From Octopus bimaculoides (taxonomy: Eukaryota): a DNA stretch of 37,151 nt. The notes below the pieces were generated by a model that ran no database searches, had not been told where the DNA came from, and was given only the letters and a program-made list of their open reading frames with translations. Every line of letters begins with the position of its first letter. Position 1 is the first letter of the stretch. Positions 1 to 10,600 of the stretch are shown in pieces. Both the position numbers and the translations under genes were made by a program. The stretch lies in NCBI RefSeq assembly GCF_001194135.2, contig NC_068981.1, positions 129,675,056 through 129,712,206 of the forward strand, in the 5' to 3' direction.

Positions 1-34
<34 letters not shown>

Positions 35-87
35 AGAATAATCCATATGTCCAATAAAGAAGCATACACTAAAGTATTAGAGTAGTA

Positions 88-293
88 ATATATTTATAGA
101 AGGTTGATTGTTATAGCCGGTCGGAGAGTGATCATTGGTTTTTCACCTATAAAGTGCTCAGCTGTATAGGTGACTTGTCTCTCGAATGGCCATTTGAATT
201 TGACAAGTGACCTATACAGTTCAGCGCTTTATAAGTGCAAAACCAATTGTCACTCTCTGACTGGCCATAACAATCAACCTTCTATAAATATAT
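88..293. mobile_element. ~205-bp palindromic (fold-back) MITE-like element in a TA-rich site
   Basis: 91-179 (TATTTATAGAAGGTTGATTG...GGTGACTTGTC) is the reverse complement of 202-290 with about 11 mismatches in 89 bp. The centre AATGGCCATT (185-194) is itself palindromic. TA dinucleotides flank both ends. Confidence 0.8.
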
Positions 294-299
294 ATATAA

Positions 300-1380
300 C
301 TGGCAGAGGTACCCAGAGTTGCTTGGGATTAAAATGGCATAGTTTGAATATAATATATAACAGTTATGTTGAAACAGGTGATATGGGAAAGTGCAGCATT
401 GACAACAAAACATTTGTGGAGTAAATGATGGGCTTATTTGACTAAGCAACATGCTATGCGTCCGTTTTGGAATATTTCAGGCCCTAACCTGTCATGGAAA
501 ATTGCAAGTGGGGGTTATGTGATTTTTGAATGCACTGAAAAGGCAGTCAGTGCTGTGTCTAACATGACCCTTCATCTGAAATTTTAACATCTCCTTCGGA
601 TTTGTTGTCCTACATCACTCATAAAGTAAATTTGGAAGAACTGTGATTGTTTATTTATGGGTAACAGGGAACTAATGAGGTGATAGCCTTGCCCTTGAAC
701 TTTGACGTCGGCATAAATTCATGTTTATCTATCTTCTTAGATGCACCAAATGATGTCATTTGAAATGCAGAGTTGTATTGTCTGATATTGTTCAGAAAAT
801 CCTTTGACTGGATGGAAGTGCCTTCTAGAAGATCCATAAGAGGTTGAGAAGGAGCTGGTAGTGCTGGCAATGTTACCTGGCCACCTGAGCAGCTCATACC
901 ATTTGTTTCATTTGAAAATTTTAAAGCTCTACAGAAACGACAATTTCTGTTTAGCACACCAATTTGGTCAGAGTCATCATTTTTATAAGAATGGGATGGA
1001 TCATATCTGAAAACAGCTTCAGGAGTTGTGAAGAACAAATTTGTACATAATCTGTTTCTGAGAGCTATTCTATTGGACCTCTGTCTAATCATTAAAACAT
1101 TGATTTAATGATCCAGCAATAAGTGCTGCAACATGCATTTTCAGATCTTGAGAAAATCTCATCTTGCTTCTCTGTTCAGACTCTCGCCTTCGGTTTTCTA
1201 CAATCCTCCTTCCTTTATACTTGTTTCTGGAGAGATTATGTTTTTTCTGTGTTTCTCCCGCTCATTCTGTAAGAAATTATTTGAAGTGAGCAGAAATTGA
1301 AAGAAGAGAAAGGGACAAGAACAGAGAAAGAAGGTGAAAGATGTATGTACGTCTATATGAAATGGACATGTGTGTGCGTG

Positions 1381-1418
<38 letters not shown>

Positions 1419-1763
1419 TGTTTGCATGTGTGTGAGAGAGAAAGGGAGTGAGAAAGAGAGATAGAGTGAGTGAAGGTGTGTGTCATGATGGTTGATGTCT
1501 TTTCAGGTACACATACATAGAAAATGTGACATCATCGTATAAAATGTTTACGATTGTTGATTTATGGAAAAGATTATAATGTTAAATTTTTGAAATGCAA
1601 ATATGTGAATGGAAATTAAGTTTAATTTGTAGCCAAAGTAGTACTGAATCTTTTGATACCCCATTCGTCAAAATCTGTAACTCGGTTTTGGAATGCATAA
1701 GGAATATATATATAGGACAGACTTCTTTCACACTGAAAGTATTATCTCATATTACAATAGAGA
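300..1763 (-). mobile_element. Helitron 5' portion, decayed (Rep/helicase N-terminal region)
   Basis: ORF 655-1092 has C..C..LKF..E..G.SCSGGQVTLP and FLNNIRQYNSAFQMTSFGA. After a -1 frameshift it reads PT(F)KVQGQGYHLISSLLP...FFQIYFMSD, then fragments SHNPHLQF and VVNAA..HITCFN, all typical Helitron_like_N motifs. A putative 5' A|TC terminus is at 1763. Confidence 0.85.
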
Positions 1764-1904
1764 TGTAATACTGAAACAGTGTGAGATAAGAGATTGCTCT
1801 GGGCTTGCATTAGGCAAGAAGTTGGAAATGTTTTGGCCCATGACACTTGGCTTTTGTATTTGACGCCTGTTGCTCTAAGTATTTTATGTATATATATGTA
1901 TGTA

Positions 1905-1990
1905 TAAGCCAATGAGGGAGACCTCTACATGGTAGCTAGACCTGGTAGAAATAGCAGCCAAATCTCCCTCAAAACACCCTACTGTCTTAA
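1905..1990 (+). repeat. Fragment of old interspersed SINE-like family ('family D')
   Basis: GGGAGACCTCTAC...TAGAAATAGCAGCCAAATCTCCCTCAAAACACCCTACTGTCTTAA matches the copies at 22953 (-) and 24843 (+). Confidence 0.6.
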
Positions 1991-2399
1991 TCCGACAATT
2001 CTACCTATTATATAGTTTGAATAAGAAACTGTAACTAAAAATTAAGATTATTAACCCCAAAATTTTACGTGTTTTAATAGCAATCAATTTTTTTCTTTAT
2101 TTGCTTAATTAAAATGTTTGCCTGTTCCTCGTAGTTTTTCATGTCAGCTGTAAAGGTGAAGAATGTTACTTTGGACAGTGTTAAGTAGTGGAGATGTTTG
2201 GTGATTGTATGTGGTGGTTACTTTTGACTGTTTCTTCTCAATAAGGATAATTGATTTATAACAACTCTTAACACAATATATATACAACTTCATGTCCAAG
2301 AGAGACAGAGAGAGGAAAGAAGAGAGATAGCATAGCGATGGTTTTGGCTGACTGTCATCCTGTACTCCCTTTGTTGCTAGTGAAATGGCGTGTGCTGAC

Positions 2400-2622
2400 T
2401 GTCTGAGCAACTGGTTGCTTTTAATGGCAGAACAAACAGGACAAAAAGATTACAAAAATAGCGATTCTCACTTTGAAACTAACAATTTCGAAAATCTTTT
2501 TAGATTACAGAATGCCCCGCTCTCTCATGTATCCATGTTTAAAATTTTAGCGCGATCGGATGAACAATACTCGAGTTATAAGTGCATAAACAGACAGACA
2601 GAATGGAATTTATATATTAAGA
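2400..2622 (-). mobile_element. Non-autonomous Helitron-like element, 5' end
   Basis: Plus strand AAAATTTTAGCGCGATCGG...ACAGACAGACAG...TATATATTAAGA|T gives A|TC at the minus-strand 5' end. The architecture matches the mini-Helitron at 12437-12612. The left boundary is uncertain. Confidence 0.5.
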
Positions 2623-2957
2623 TTATATTTGTATACATAATTATTAATTGACACATTCAACCTAACCCGGATGTGTTGTTAATGGTACAGTGAATGTCTC
2701 AAAAAGTCATATCATGTAGTTGAAAATGCTAAAAAGCATTGAATTCACTATCTAAATTGACTAAATCAAGTCATCCCAGTGGATTGCTCTATTGTATCAT
2801 TTAATTTCACAGTATTGCAGATCATCAGCAGCAGGAAGCACTGAATACTAGACAGAAAATCAGTCAACCCTGTATAGAAGAATACTGGCCAAACAGCCAG
2901 TGACATGAAATGCTGGTGGGCTGTGTATAAATTAGCCATTGTAAAAGACAATAAATT

Positions 2958-3064
2958 AGCCTAAGGTTCCATGCAATGGGACTGAATCTGAAACTATGTG
3001 GTTACAAGGTGAATGTTTTACCACACAGCCATGCATGTGTATATCCACCAGCCATGCCTGAACC
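2958..3064 (-). mobile_element. tRNA-derived SINE head ('family B')
   Basis: The reverse complement has GCATGGCTGTGTGGTAA (A box) and GATTCAGTCCCA (B box-like), matching the head at 34306. GCATGGCTG is locally duplicated. Confidence 0.7.
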
Positions 3065-3072
3065 TCTATATA

Positions 3073-3420
3073 TACTGCCTCTGTTTCTAATATATATTTT
3101 TTAACAAGCTCCGCTAATTGTGATACCAACACATGTTTTGGCACTGTAATTTTATATATTGCTAGTGTGTATATGAGTTGCTGCTATCTCTAGTGGTTGA
3201 GCGTCCATCATTGATGAGACCAAGGAAGGTTGAAATCATGTGATCTGGTGGTCATGGCGCTGGAGTTGGCAGGCATTTATCTCCCTGCTAGTGATATAAA
3301 TAAGAGTGCATTTTGCACCAAAAGCCAATATGAGAGTTTCTCTCATGGTATCTACAACAGTATAGTTTGTTCTTACAAAACATCCATGTTTAAGTGGGGA
3401 TAAATATTATCCCCCTCTCT
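3073..3420 (-). mobile_element. Unclassified ~350-bp element; reverse complement of the tandem unit at 15176-15530
   Basis: Colinear reverse-complement match over the whole unit (e.g. CCAAGGAAGGTTGAAATCATGTGA, TTTTGCACCAAAAGCCAATATGAGAG). Starts at TA|TACTGCCTCTG. Confidence 0.8.
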
Positions 3421-3425
3421 CTCTC

Positions 3426-3456
<31 letters not shown>

Positions 3457-3739
3457 ATATAATGTTCAACAACTTTCCTTTTATGCATATTTCATTAAAT
3501 ACATGATTATATTGTTCAAGTTTTATCTTGTTTATTTAAAATTTTTCATATGTTTTATTAGCTTTTTACTGTTGGTTTGGAACAGTAAAGTTCCTAAATC
3601 CACATCTGATGTTTCTTGCTCTTCACCACTGTCTCCTTATTAAGAACTGAACTGAATATTGGTGTTTGTGTTGTTTCTTATATACTGATTGAATTTGGGA
3701 AGACTTTCTTGCCAGTGTTTTTTTTTTGACCAGTTACGT

Positions 3740-4150
3740 TATCGTCTCTATGAGTTTCAACATCTGAAGTTCATATTTCACTACCTCATCCCATGTCTTC
3801 CTGGGTCTACCTGTTTCACAGGTTCCCTTTACAGTTAGAGATCAGCATTTCTTAATCCAGCTATTGAGGCGATGACAAGTGACCAAGACTTTTGGTGATT
3901 TGCTGTACTTGAGAAAACATGTCAAGCTAAGTGAAATCATAGTCATGGCCAGTGCTGGTGACATAAAAAGACACCCATCCCGGTGACACACAAAAAAATA
4001 CTCAGTACACTCTGTGGAGTGGTTGGCATTTAGGAAGGGCATCCAGCCATAGAAACCAAGCTAAAACAGACTGGAACCTGGTGCAGCTCTCCAGCTTGCC
4101 AGTTCCAGTCAAATGCCAGTATGGAAAATGGACACTTAATGATGATGATG
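3740..4150 (+). mobile_element. RTE-clade LINE 3' end with inverted 5' segment and 8-bp TSD
   Basis: 3861-4150 (+) reads EAMTSDQDFW*FAVLEKTCQAK*, then a 3' UTR and (GAT)n tail. 3740-3861 (-) encodes SWIKKC...GRPRKTWDEVVKYELQMLKLIET, the directly upstream part of the same ORF. Flanks are AGTTACGT (3732-3739) and AGTTACAT (4151-4158). Confidence 0.8.
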
Positions 4151-4199
4151 AGTTACATGTCAATTTCTCCTGGTGAAAATTTTGGCCTCTAGGTTTTTG

Positions 4200-4940
4200 T
4201 TTTAATTATTTAAGTCAGTAGCTATATGTTAAATTTTTGGTGTGTGTATGTTTGTGTGCTAATTTTGGCATTGTATTGCCATGTGAGTATGATTTCCATA
4301 AGTAATCTTCTATTTTTGTATGGGATTTTATAAACTATATGTTTCCCTTCAGTATTTTCCTATCTAATTTCATTTTGTAATGTGTGATATAATGTTGTGC
4401 AATAGCTCCATGTTGCAAGTGCATAGTCAGCCTACATCAAAAAGTTGTACTGGTCTGTCCAGTCTAACAGCTGGTATCCTGAAGTTTACAACATTCACTT
4501 TTATAGTCAAATTTATAGACTACATTAGTCATCTGCAGTTTGTTCTTTGGCTCACATGTTTCTGGTGGGTTGTTTATAAAAATGTTTTTGGTTTTTGTAG
4601 TATATTATTAGTTTAAGTTTATGTTTGGATGTGATGCAACTTGTTTGCAATGTAGGCTTTATGTATTTTTTTTTCCCAGTGTGACTAGGTTTTAGAGATT
4701 TGCTTATTTGGTAAATGATAAACTACGTCAGTGACCAGATTGCAGTTGGTGCAATGAAAATTTTGGCACTAAATAAATGTTTAAGTGAAGTTTTTGTGTG
4801 TTTTTGAATGGTTTTATTTGTCTTCTGTGTTTTAATGATCAGGTTGGTTCTGCCAGTTTGAATATTTTCAAGAATTGTTCAGTCAATAATTTTGCCATCT
4901 TTACTAAGCCTTGAAGTGAGAGCTGCATATGTTTTTGTTA
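4200..4940 (-). mobile_element. Penelope-like element fragment (RT thumb/linker plus GIY-YIG endonuclease), decayed
   Basis: Minus-strand translation with stops and frameshifts gives KLKLIIYYKNQK and MTNVVYKFDYKSECC...*TGQTSTTF*CRLTMHLQHGAIAQHYITH...LDRKILKGNI. This fits the PLE GIY-YIG pattern NVVY...YIG.T..L..RL..H. Confidence 0.7.
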
Positions 4941-4961
4941 AGTATTCATCAGCTGCACCCA

Positions 4962-5670
4962 TCTGGTTTAAGTACCTCATATAATCCCTCATAACATTTT
5001 TGGAATTTTCAGAAGATGTTTGCAAATTTGTGTTCTACACATGGAAATTCATATGATTATGAAAAAAATTTGTTCTGCTAATTTGTTAATCCCCATCCCC
5101 ACCCCCGAAATCCTAAAATTTCCATTTGGATTTTTTTTTTAAATCAGAGTCTAAAATACAGACTGTTTGAATTTCTTGCTTAAATCCAGGTTGTCGACTA
5201 CTCTTGGGAGCATCATCATTTCATTAAATGTGTTTATGAGGGAAAAGATATTGAAAAACATCAATATATGTCAGAGTGGCAAAGAAATGAGGGTGATCAG
5301 GCAGTCATGGGATCTGCTAAAAACAATAGCTAAATCGCCCTTAAACCACACACACACACACACACACACACACATGCAAAAAATATTTTTTTGCATAATC
5401 ATATGAGTTCCTGTGTATAGAACACAAATTTGCAAAAATTTTCTGAAAATTCTCCAGAATAATAGAAGGTTATGGGAGTTATAGTTGGTGCTTAAACTAG
5501 AATTCCATTCAACAACGTAGGGCTGAAAATATCTGGCTATTCTTAGGAAGAGTGTCAAACCGAAAAGTAAATCCATCTTTGAAAAAAACACATTTGCTTT
5601 AATATGTGCTAATATCAGGATTTGCATAATCATGTAACCTATACAAGCAGAATACAAATGTTAAAATCAT
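4962..5670. repeat. Inverted pair of DNA-transposon-like fragments (4962-5078 vs 5376-5501) plus a ~50-bp direct copy at 5622-5670
   Basis: TTTGCAAATTTGTGTTCTA...CATATGATTATG in the left arm is the reverse complement of CATAATCATATG...TAGAACACAAATTTGCAAA in the right arm. TTGCATAATCAT...CAGAATACAAAT recurs ~232 bp downstream. Confidence 0.65.
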
Positions 5671-6899
5671 TGATAATCATTAATTCTATAAGATACATAG
5701 TTTTGTTGTTTGTGTTTATGTCTGCTTATGGGCTTTTTTTTCTTTTGAAGATATATTTATAAGGGTATGTCTACATATGTATATGTGTGAAAGTTATGTG
5801 TTTTTGTAAAGGATTTATTTTTATTAGTTATTTTCTCTTCAATATAAAATTAATAGCCAGTAAAAAACAAACAAATAAATTAAAATATAATAAAATAAAA
5901 ATATAAAACACGTCTTAGTCAAAAATCTTTTGTATATGTTGTTAGTTAATAGCTAAGCAGCTCAGAACTGGAACTATTTTCATGCAGATGCTTAAATGTC
6001 CATTAAGATACAATGTATTGGTAATTAAATGACCACAAAGCAAGTTATATTTAATATATTCTCCAGTTCCATTATTAGTTCAAACCAAATGAAGTGGAAT
6101 GTAAAGGAACCATGCTTGAGTGATAGTACAATGTTAGAGTAATATGAATAGATCTGGTCAGGATAATTGATCAGTTGGTTAGTTACTTATGTTCTGGCTC
6201 AAGTTGTCATATATACATATGTATGTATTTATGTACACACACACACACATGCATGCACAAACACAAACATACACATATATGTATGTATATGTGTATGCTT
6301 TGGTCTCATATATATATATAAGTGTATATGTTTATGTATGTATATATATGTGTGTTCGTATGTACACATACATATAATTAAATATCCTTACTATTTAAAA
6401 AAATTCAACTTTCGTTCTGCTAGGATATTATAATAGCAGTAACCAATGTGATACTGTAGTAAATATTATCAGTTTCTCGTGTTAAATAATCGTTGACATT
6501 ATATTTTAGGTGGTGTAGACATGATTTTTTTTCATAGTTTCGCAAAAGTAATTCTCTTCGGTCTTTTCGTTGACTTGGGTTTGGGGAAAGCATTGCAGCC
6601 TTCTTGAGTCCTTGGAGATGAGTAAGACTGATGCAATTAGGGTTCCTCTTGAACTGTTGCAAGTCACTGGCTGTGGTTTGGCAAGGTAAGCAAGAGGATT
6701 ATAAAAGTAGAGGAGAAAGCAGGTGTGGGTGTTTGTAAAGATAGTGGGAGTAGTTAAGTTGAGGGTTTGGGTGGGTGGTACACTAGCAAGGATGAAAGGA
6801 TGAGAGCTGGCTGAGTTGTGAGTGCCTGAGTGGAAGTAGCACATGACCAGCTAACTTAGAAGAATTGAGGCTATTGTAGCAGTGATAAAAAAAGCAAAA

Positions 6900-6996
6900 A
6901 GAGAGAGAAGTATAGAGAGAAGTATAGAGAGAAAGCGAGAGAGAGAGAGAAAGAGAGAGAGAGAAAGAGAGAGAAAGAGAGAGAGANNNNNNNNNN

Positions 6997-7040
<44 letters not shown>
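6900..7040. repeat. (GA)n microsatellite with 10-N gap
   Basis: Seen directly. Confidence 0.95.
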
Positions 7041-7042
<2 letters not shown>

Positions 7043-7477
7043 ATACAGAAAGAAAATATCTGTGGGCTAGAGTCTATTGGTGTGCAACTTCATGTTAATC
7101 CGTAGGGTGACTTTTTCTTCAAAGTAGTCTTAGATGTCTATATGCGCTACAATATTATTTGGTGCATAGCATAATTGTGTACTTCATTGTAATGAATTCA
7201 TGTTCTGTATCTGGTATATTATAAACATGTCCTTTTGGGCATTGCTAATTCATTTCAAACAAGAAATATTATTGAGATGCCTTATTTTAAATATTAATAC
7301 TATAGAAAAGGAGGGAAAACGCCTGTAATTTTTGCAAGCTCTCCCAGGTTGGTCAGATTGTGGTTTAATGTACATTGTGAACCTGTAGGTCAAATCTTAG
7401 ATGGCAAAATTATAGACATAGCAAGAGATTCAGAAGATAGTAGTTCTGAGACAAAAATAATTGAGCAATGTGATTAA

Positions 7478-7683
7478 CCCATTAGCACTGAGATTATTCT
7501 GTCAAATGCAATGCTTATTTATTCACTTTGCTTTGAATTAATCATGCATTATCTTGTAGCTTCAAGATTTTGGTGAGGTGATTGCTTATTTTTAGTAGGA
7601 CATTGCAGAGTAGGTCTGACTGGTTTCAACATCAAGCAAGTAAAATATTTGGGCTAGATACGGCCAGTTTAAATGCTAAAGGG
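7478..7683. mobile_element. piggyBac-type MITE, 206 bp
   Basis: TTAA|CCCATTAGCA ... TGCTAAAGGG|TTAA: TTAA TSDs at 7474-7477 and 7684-7687, with CCC/GGG termini and 10-bp TIRs (1 mismatch). Confidence 0.9.
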
Positions 7684-8313
7684 TTAATACACACTAGGTA
7701 TGATAACTGTAAAGGAGTTGAGCATGTCAGTTGGGTTTATGTTGAGAGGGTGCACATCTACATAGTTTAAGTAGTAGTGGAAGAGGAAGATAAAAGAATC
7801 AGTGCATCTCTAGGCTAAAGATTGTTGAGTGTTGGTGAGAGAATAAATACCAGTCAGCTGAATGACCCTTGTTTTAGATGTGATCTTGGATGTTTGTAGA
7901 AATAGAAAAAAAAAAAAATAAAAAGCACCGACTTGGGGAACATCTTAAATTCCAGGACGGAAGTCTTATTACCTTGTTTACACTTCAGGGGATTCCTACT
8001 GAAATCCTAGGACCCACGAACTGACCAGGTCGATTAGGGATAGCTGTCTAAGGGAGACAATCTCTTGTGCTTAGCCCTTCTCCTTTGTCCATGTGTTCAA
8101 CAATTAGCCACAAGGTGTTTTCTCCCGCCATTTTAAAGAGAGGTTATAGACCACTGGCTATTAGGGTCTGAAGAGATGCTGTAAAGCTAAGTACTTTATG
8201 GGTGTGAAGCCCAGGGTAACCTTATAAACTGGCCATAACTGTCTTTATCTAATTACTTTACTGCTCTATAACTTTGAGTGTGCTTTCTCTTTTGGGTTTA
8301 TGATTTACTGACA

Positions 8314-8602
8314 ATCATCATCACCATCATCGTTTAACGTCCGCTTTCCATGCTGGCATAGGTTTGACTGTGGACTGGCGAGCCAGATGGCTGCACCAGG
8401 CTCCAACCTGATCTGGCAGAGTTTCTACAGCTGGATGCTTTTCCTAATGCCAACCATTCCGAGAGTGTAGTGGGTGCTTTTACGTGCCATTGGCATGAGG
8501 ACCAGTCAGGCAGTACTGGCAATAGCCACGCTCAGATGGTGTTTTTAACGTGCCAGCTGCACAGGAGGCTGTCCAGCGGCACTGGCAACAACCTCGCTTG
8601 AA
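8314..8602 (-). mobile_element. RTE LINE 3' UTR fragment ((GAT)n tail)
   Basis: CATCATCGTTTAACGTCCGCTTTCCATGCTGGCAT..., same family as 3885-4150. Contains a ~60-bp internal tandem duplication. Confidence 0.8.
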
Positions 8603-8604
8603 TG

Positions 8605-8905
<301 letters not shown>

Positions 8906-9096
8906 GTCTCTCTCTGTCTCTCTCTCTCGATATAAATAGATCGCCAATGAATTTTGTATGCAGTCTTGACAATGTTATGTATTTTAGGTTATGATGAGAG
9001 TTCATGTGAAATTGTGTCACACCTTTTTAGTGATTTTGAGGGCTTTAAGTATGTGTTATTCATGTATAAGGAAGATTGGATACAAGACATTTTCTG

Positions 9097-9132
<36 letters not shown>

Positions 9133-9156
9133 TCATATACATATATGGCTGTGTTA

Positions 9157-10031
9157 CATCCATTCCTGTGTTACTGGAGCCACGTGTGATAGTGCAGAGT
9201 CTTACTGAAACAAATGGTCTTCCATTGCATACACTGTCTATCCAGGGCTTCACAATTATTTCCAGGACCTCAACGTAGGCGACAGAGTTAACTCTAAGGC
9301 CTTATGGAAAGAAGTAAGGAGGCATCACACGTCCTTCATTACTGACAGCCACTAAAACCATGACAGTTGCAAGAAATTTTGTATGCATAACACTTGAAAC
9401 TTCAGAAGGGTCTGCACATAACTATCTGTCATTTCTTCTGTTAGCTTTTTGATCGTGGTTGAAGTGTTTCTCATTTGAGAAAAACCAAATCAGATCTGCT
9501 GGGTTTTTGAGTTTGTCTAAGAGCCTTTTAGATCTGGTGTAGTGATTTTCTTTTGCTTTTTCTGATAAAATGACCTTTCCTCATCATATAAGACTTATAT
9601 ATCTGATGTCTTCATGGACAACATTTCTGGCTGTTCCTTCTGACACATGGAGATCTTTTGAAATTGACCTCATGGACTTTCTGGGATTGTAATCAATGGT
9701 CTCTTGAACTTGCTGGAAAAATTCAGGTGTTCTAATGATTCCAGAGCAATTAGAATGCTTTTTATGCTTTGACACTGGTGATACGTTTCCATCTTTAGTC
9801 TCTAGCTCCTTACAAACTTTGGAGATGAAAGATCTGGCAAATTTTAAAAATCGAGATAGTTCTAAATTGCTATGCTCAGCCTTTAGACCCACAATAACAG
9901 TATGTTTCTTCATTTCTCCTGTAAGCTGAAGGTCTGCCATTATTATTTTCTGAAACAAAGATTATACAGAGCTAGCAAAAAATGCAGCAATGACCCCAAA
10001 AAGTATGTCCTCAAATACCTTACATACCCTA
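9157..10031 (-). mobile_element. Tc1/mariner transposon (most like maT/rosa types), 3'-truncated and disrupted
   Basis: ATG at 9940. HTH region RTPEFFQQVQETIDYNPRKSMRSISKDLHVSEGTARNVVHEDIRY, then after frameshifts WFFSNEKHF (first D to N), HTKFLATVMV...VMPPYFFP*GLRVN and QDSALSH...TQEWM. A TA|GGGTATGT TIR-like start lies near 10031. The third catalytic residue and right TIR are absent. Confidence 0.9.
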
Positions 10032-10206
10032 TATATATGTTTATATATATATTTATATATATATTTATATATATATAATTTTATATATATGTTTATATAT
10101 ATATACATATTTATATGTATATACTTGGAAATGGATGCATGGCTTTCAATCATATAATAATATTAATAATATATATATTCATATATACATACATATATGT
10201 ACATAC

Positions 10207-10240
<34 letters not shown>

Positions 10241-10248
10241 GCATATAT

Positions 10249-10600
10249 GGGTACAGGTCATCACAAAATGTAAACAACATGATATATGAAGACAACATGA
10301 AATACGAAGGCAAACTTTTGTATGCGAACAAAAGAAACAAATGGAAAACAAGACAAATAACATAAAGAACGCCCCTTCATCAGTTGTCGGCTGTTCATCT
10401 ACTCCACATTTCGAGCAATTAACGACAATATGAGGCTTTGGAAAACAGTTGCTCCCGCAAACCAAAATAAAATTTGGGATTTGCAGAGGGTCAAAGTTGG
10501 TAACAAAAACAGGACAGTGGAGATATACAACAAACCAAACAAAAACAAACATGGAGCGCTGTTAGGTCATGCAAGGTAAGGTAGTGAATCCTGGAGGAAT
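10249..10600 (-). mobile_element. ~350-bp retroelement-like (probably Penelope-associated) repeat carrying a permuted hammerhead
   Basis: Non-coding, GC-richer block abutting a (CA)/(TA) microsatellite and containing hammerhead core motifs. Family assignment and right boundary are inferred. Confidence 0.55.
10371..10435 (-). ncRNA. Hammerhead ribozyme, non-circularly permuted strand order (candidate)
   Basis: Minus strand: CCUCA-UA-UUGUCG-uuaauu-GCUC-GAA-AUGUGG-(14 nt)-CGACAA-CUGAUGA-A-GGGGC. Stem I UUGUCG/CGACAA is 6 bp and in register with H17 and C3. Stem III CCUCAU/AUGUGG pairs 5 of 6. Stem II GGG/CUC follows one extra A. The core is intact. Confidence 0.65.

Noticed and set aside
370-425. 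Plus-strand IW-E-CS resembling a PIF1 Walker B motif
   Set aside because: It needs a frameshift, and the same bases are better explained by Helitron N-terminal motifs on the minus strand.
4440-4445. In-frame TGA in the PLE GIY-YIG region as possible selenocysteine
   Set aside because: Not at a Cys-aligned position, and the copy also has TAG stops and frameshifts, so this is ordinary decay.
6420-6850. Minus-strand ORFs 6420-6662 and 6506-6844 in a GC-richer block
   Set aside because: No recognisable motif or splice context. Possibly a decayed transposon fragment, but I cannot assign it.
4888-7412. Exact 15-bp inverted match ATAATTTTGCCATCT at 4888-4902 and ~7398-7412
   Set aside because: It does not extend on either side and is probably coincidental.
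7300-7476. ~58-codon open frame ending at the piggyBac MITE TTAA
   Set aside because: No homology recognised. It stops at TAA whether or not the MITE is removed, and has no donor site.
7921-7933. AAAAGCACCGACT is the reverse complement of the 3' end of the SpCas9 tracrRNA/sgRNA scaffold
   Set aside because: Only 13 bp, including an A-run. The rest of the scaffold is absent and there is no CRISPR array, so this is a chance match.
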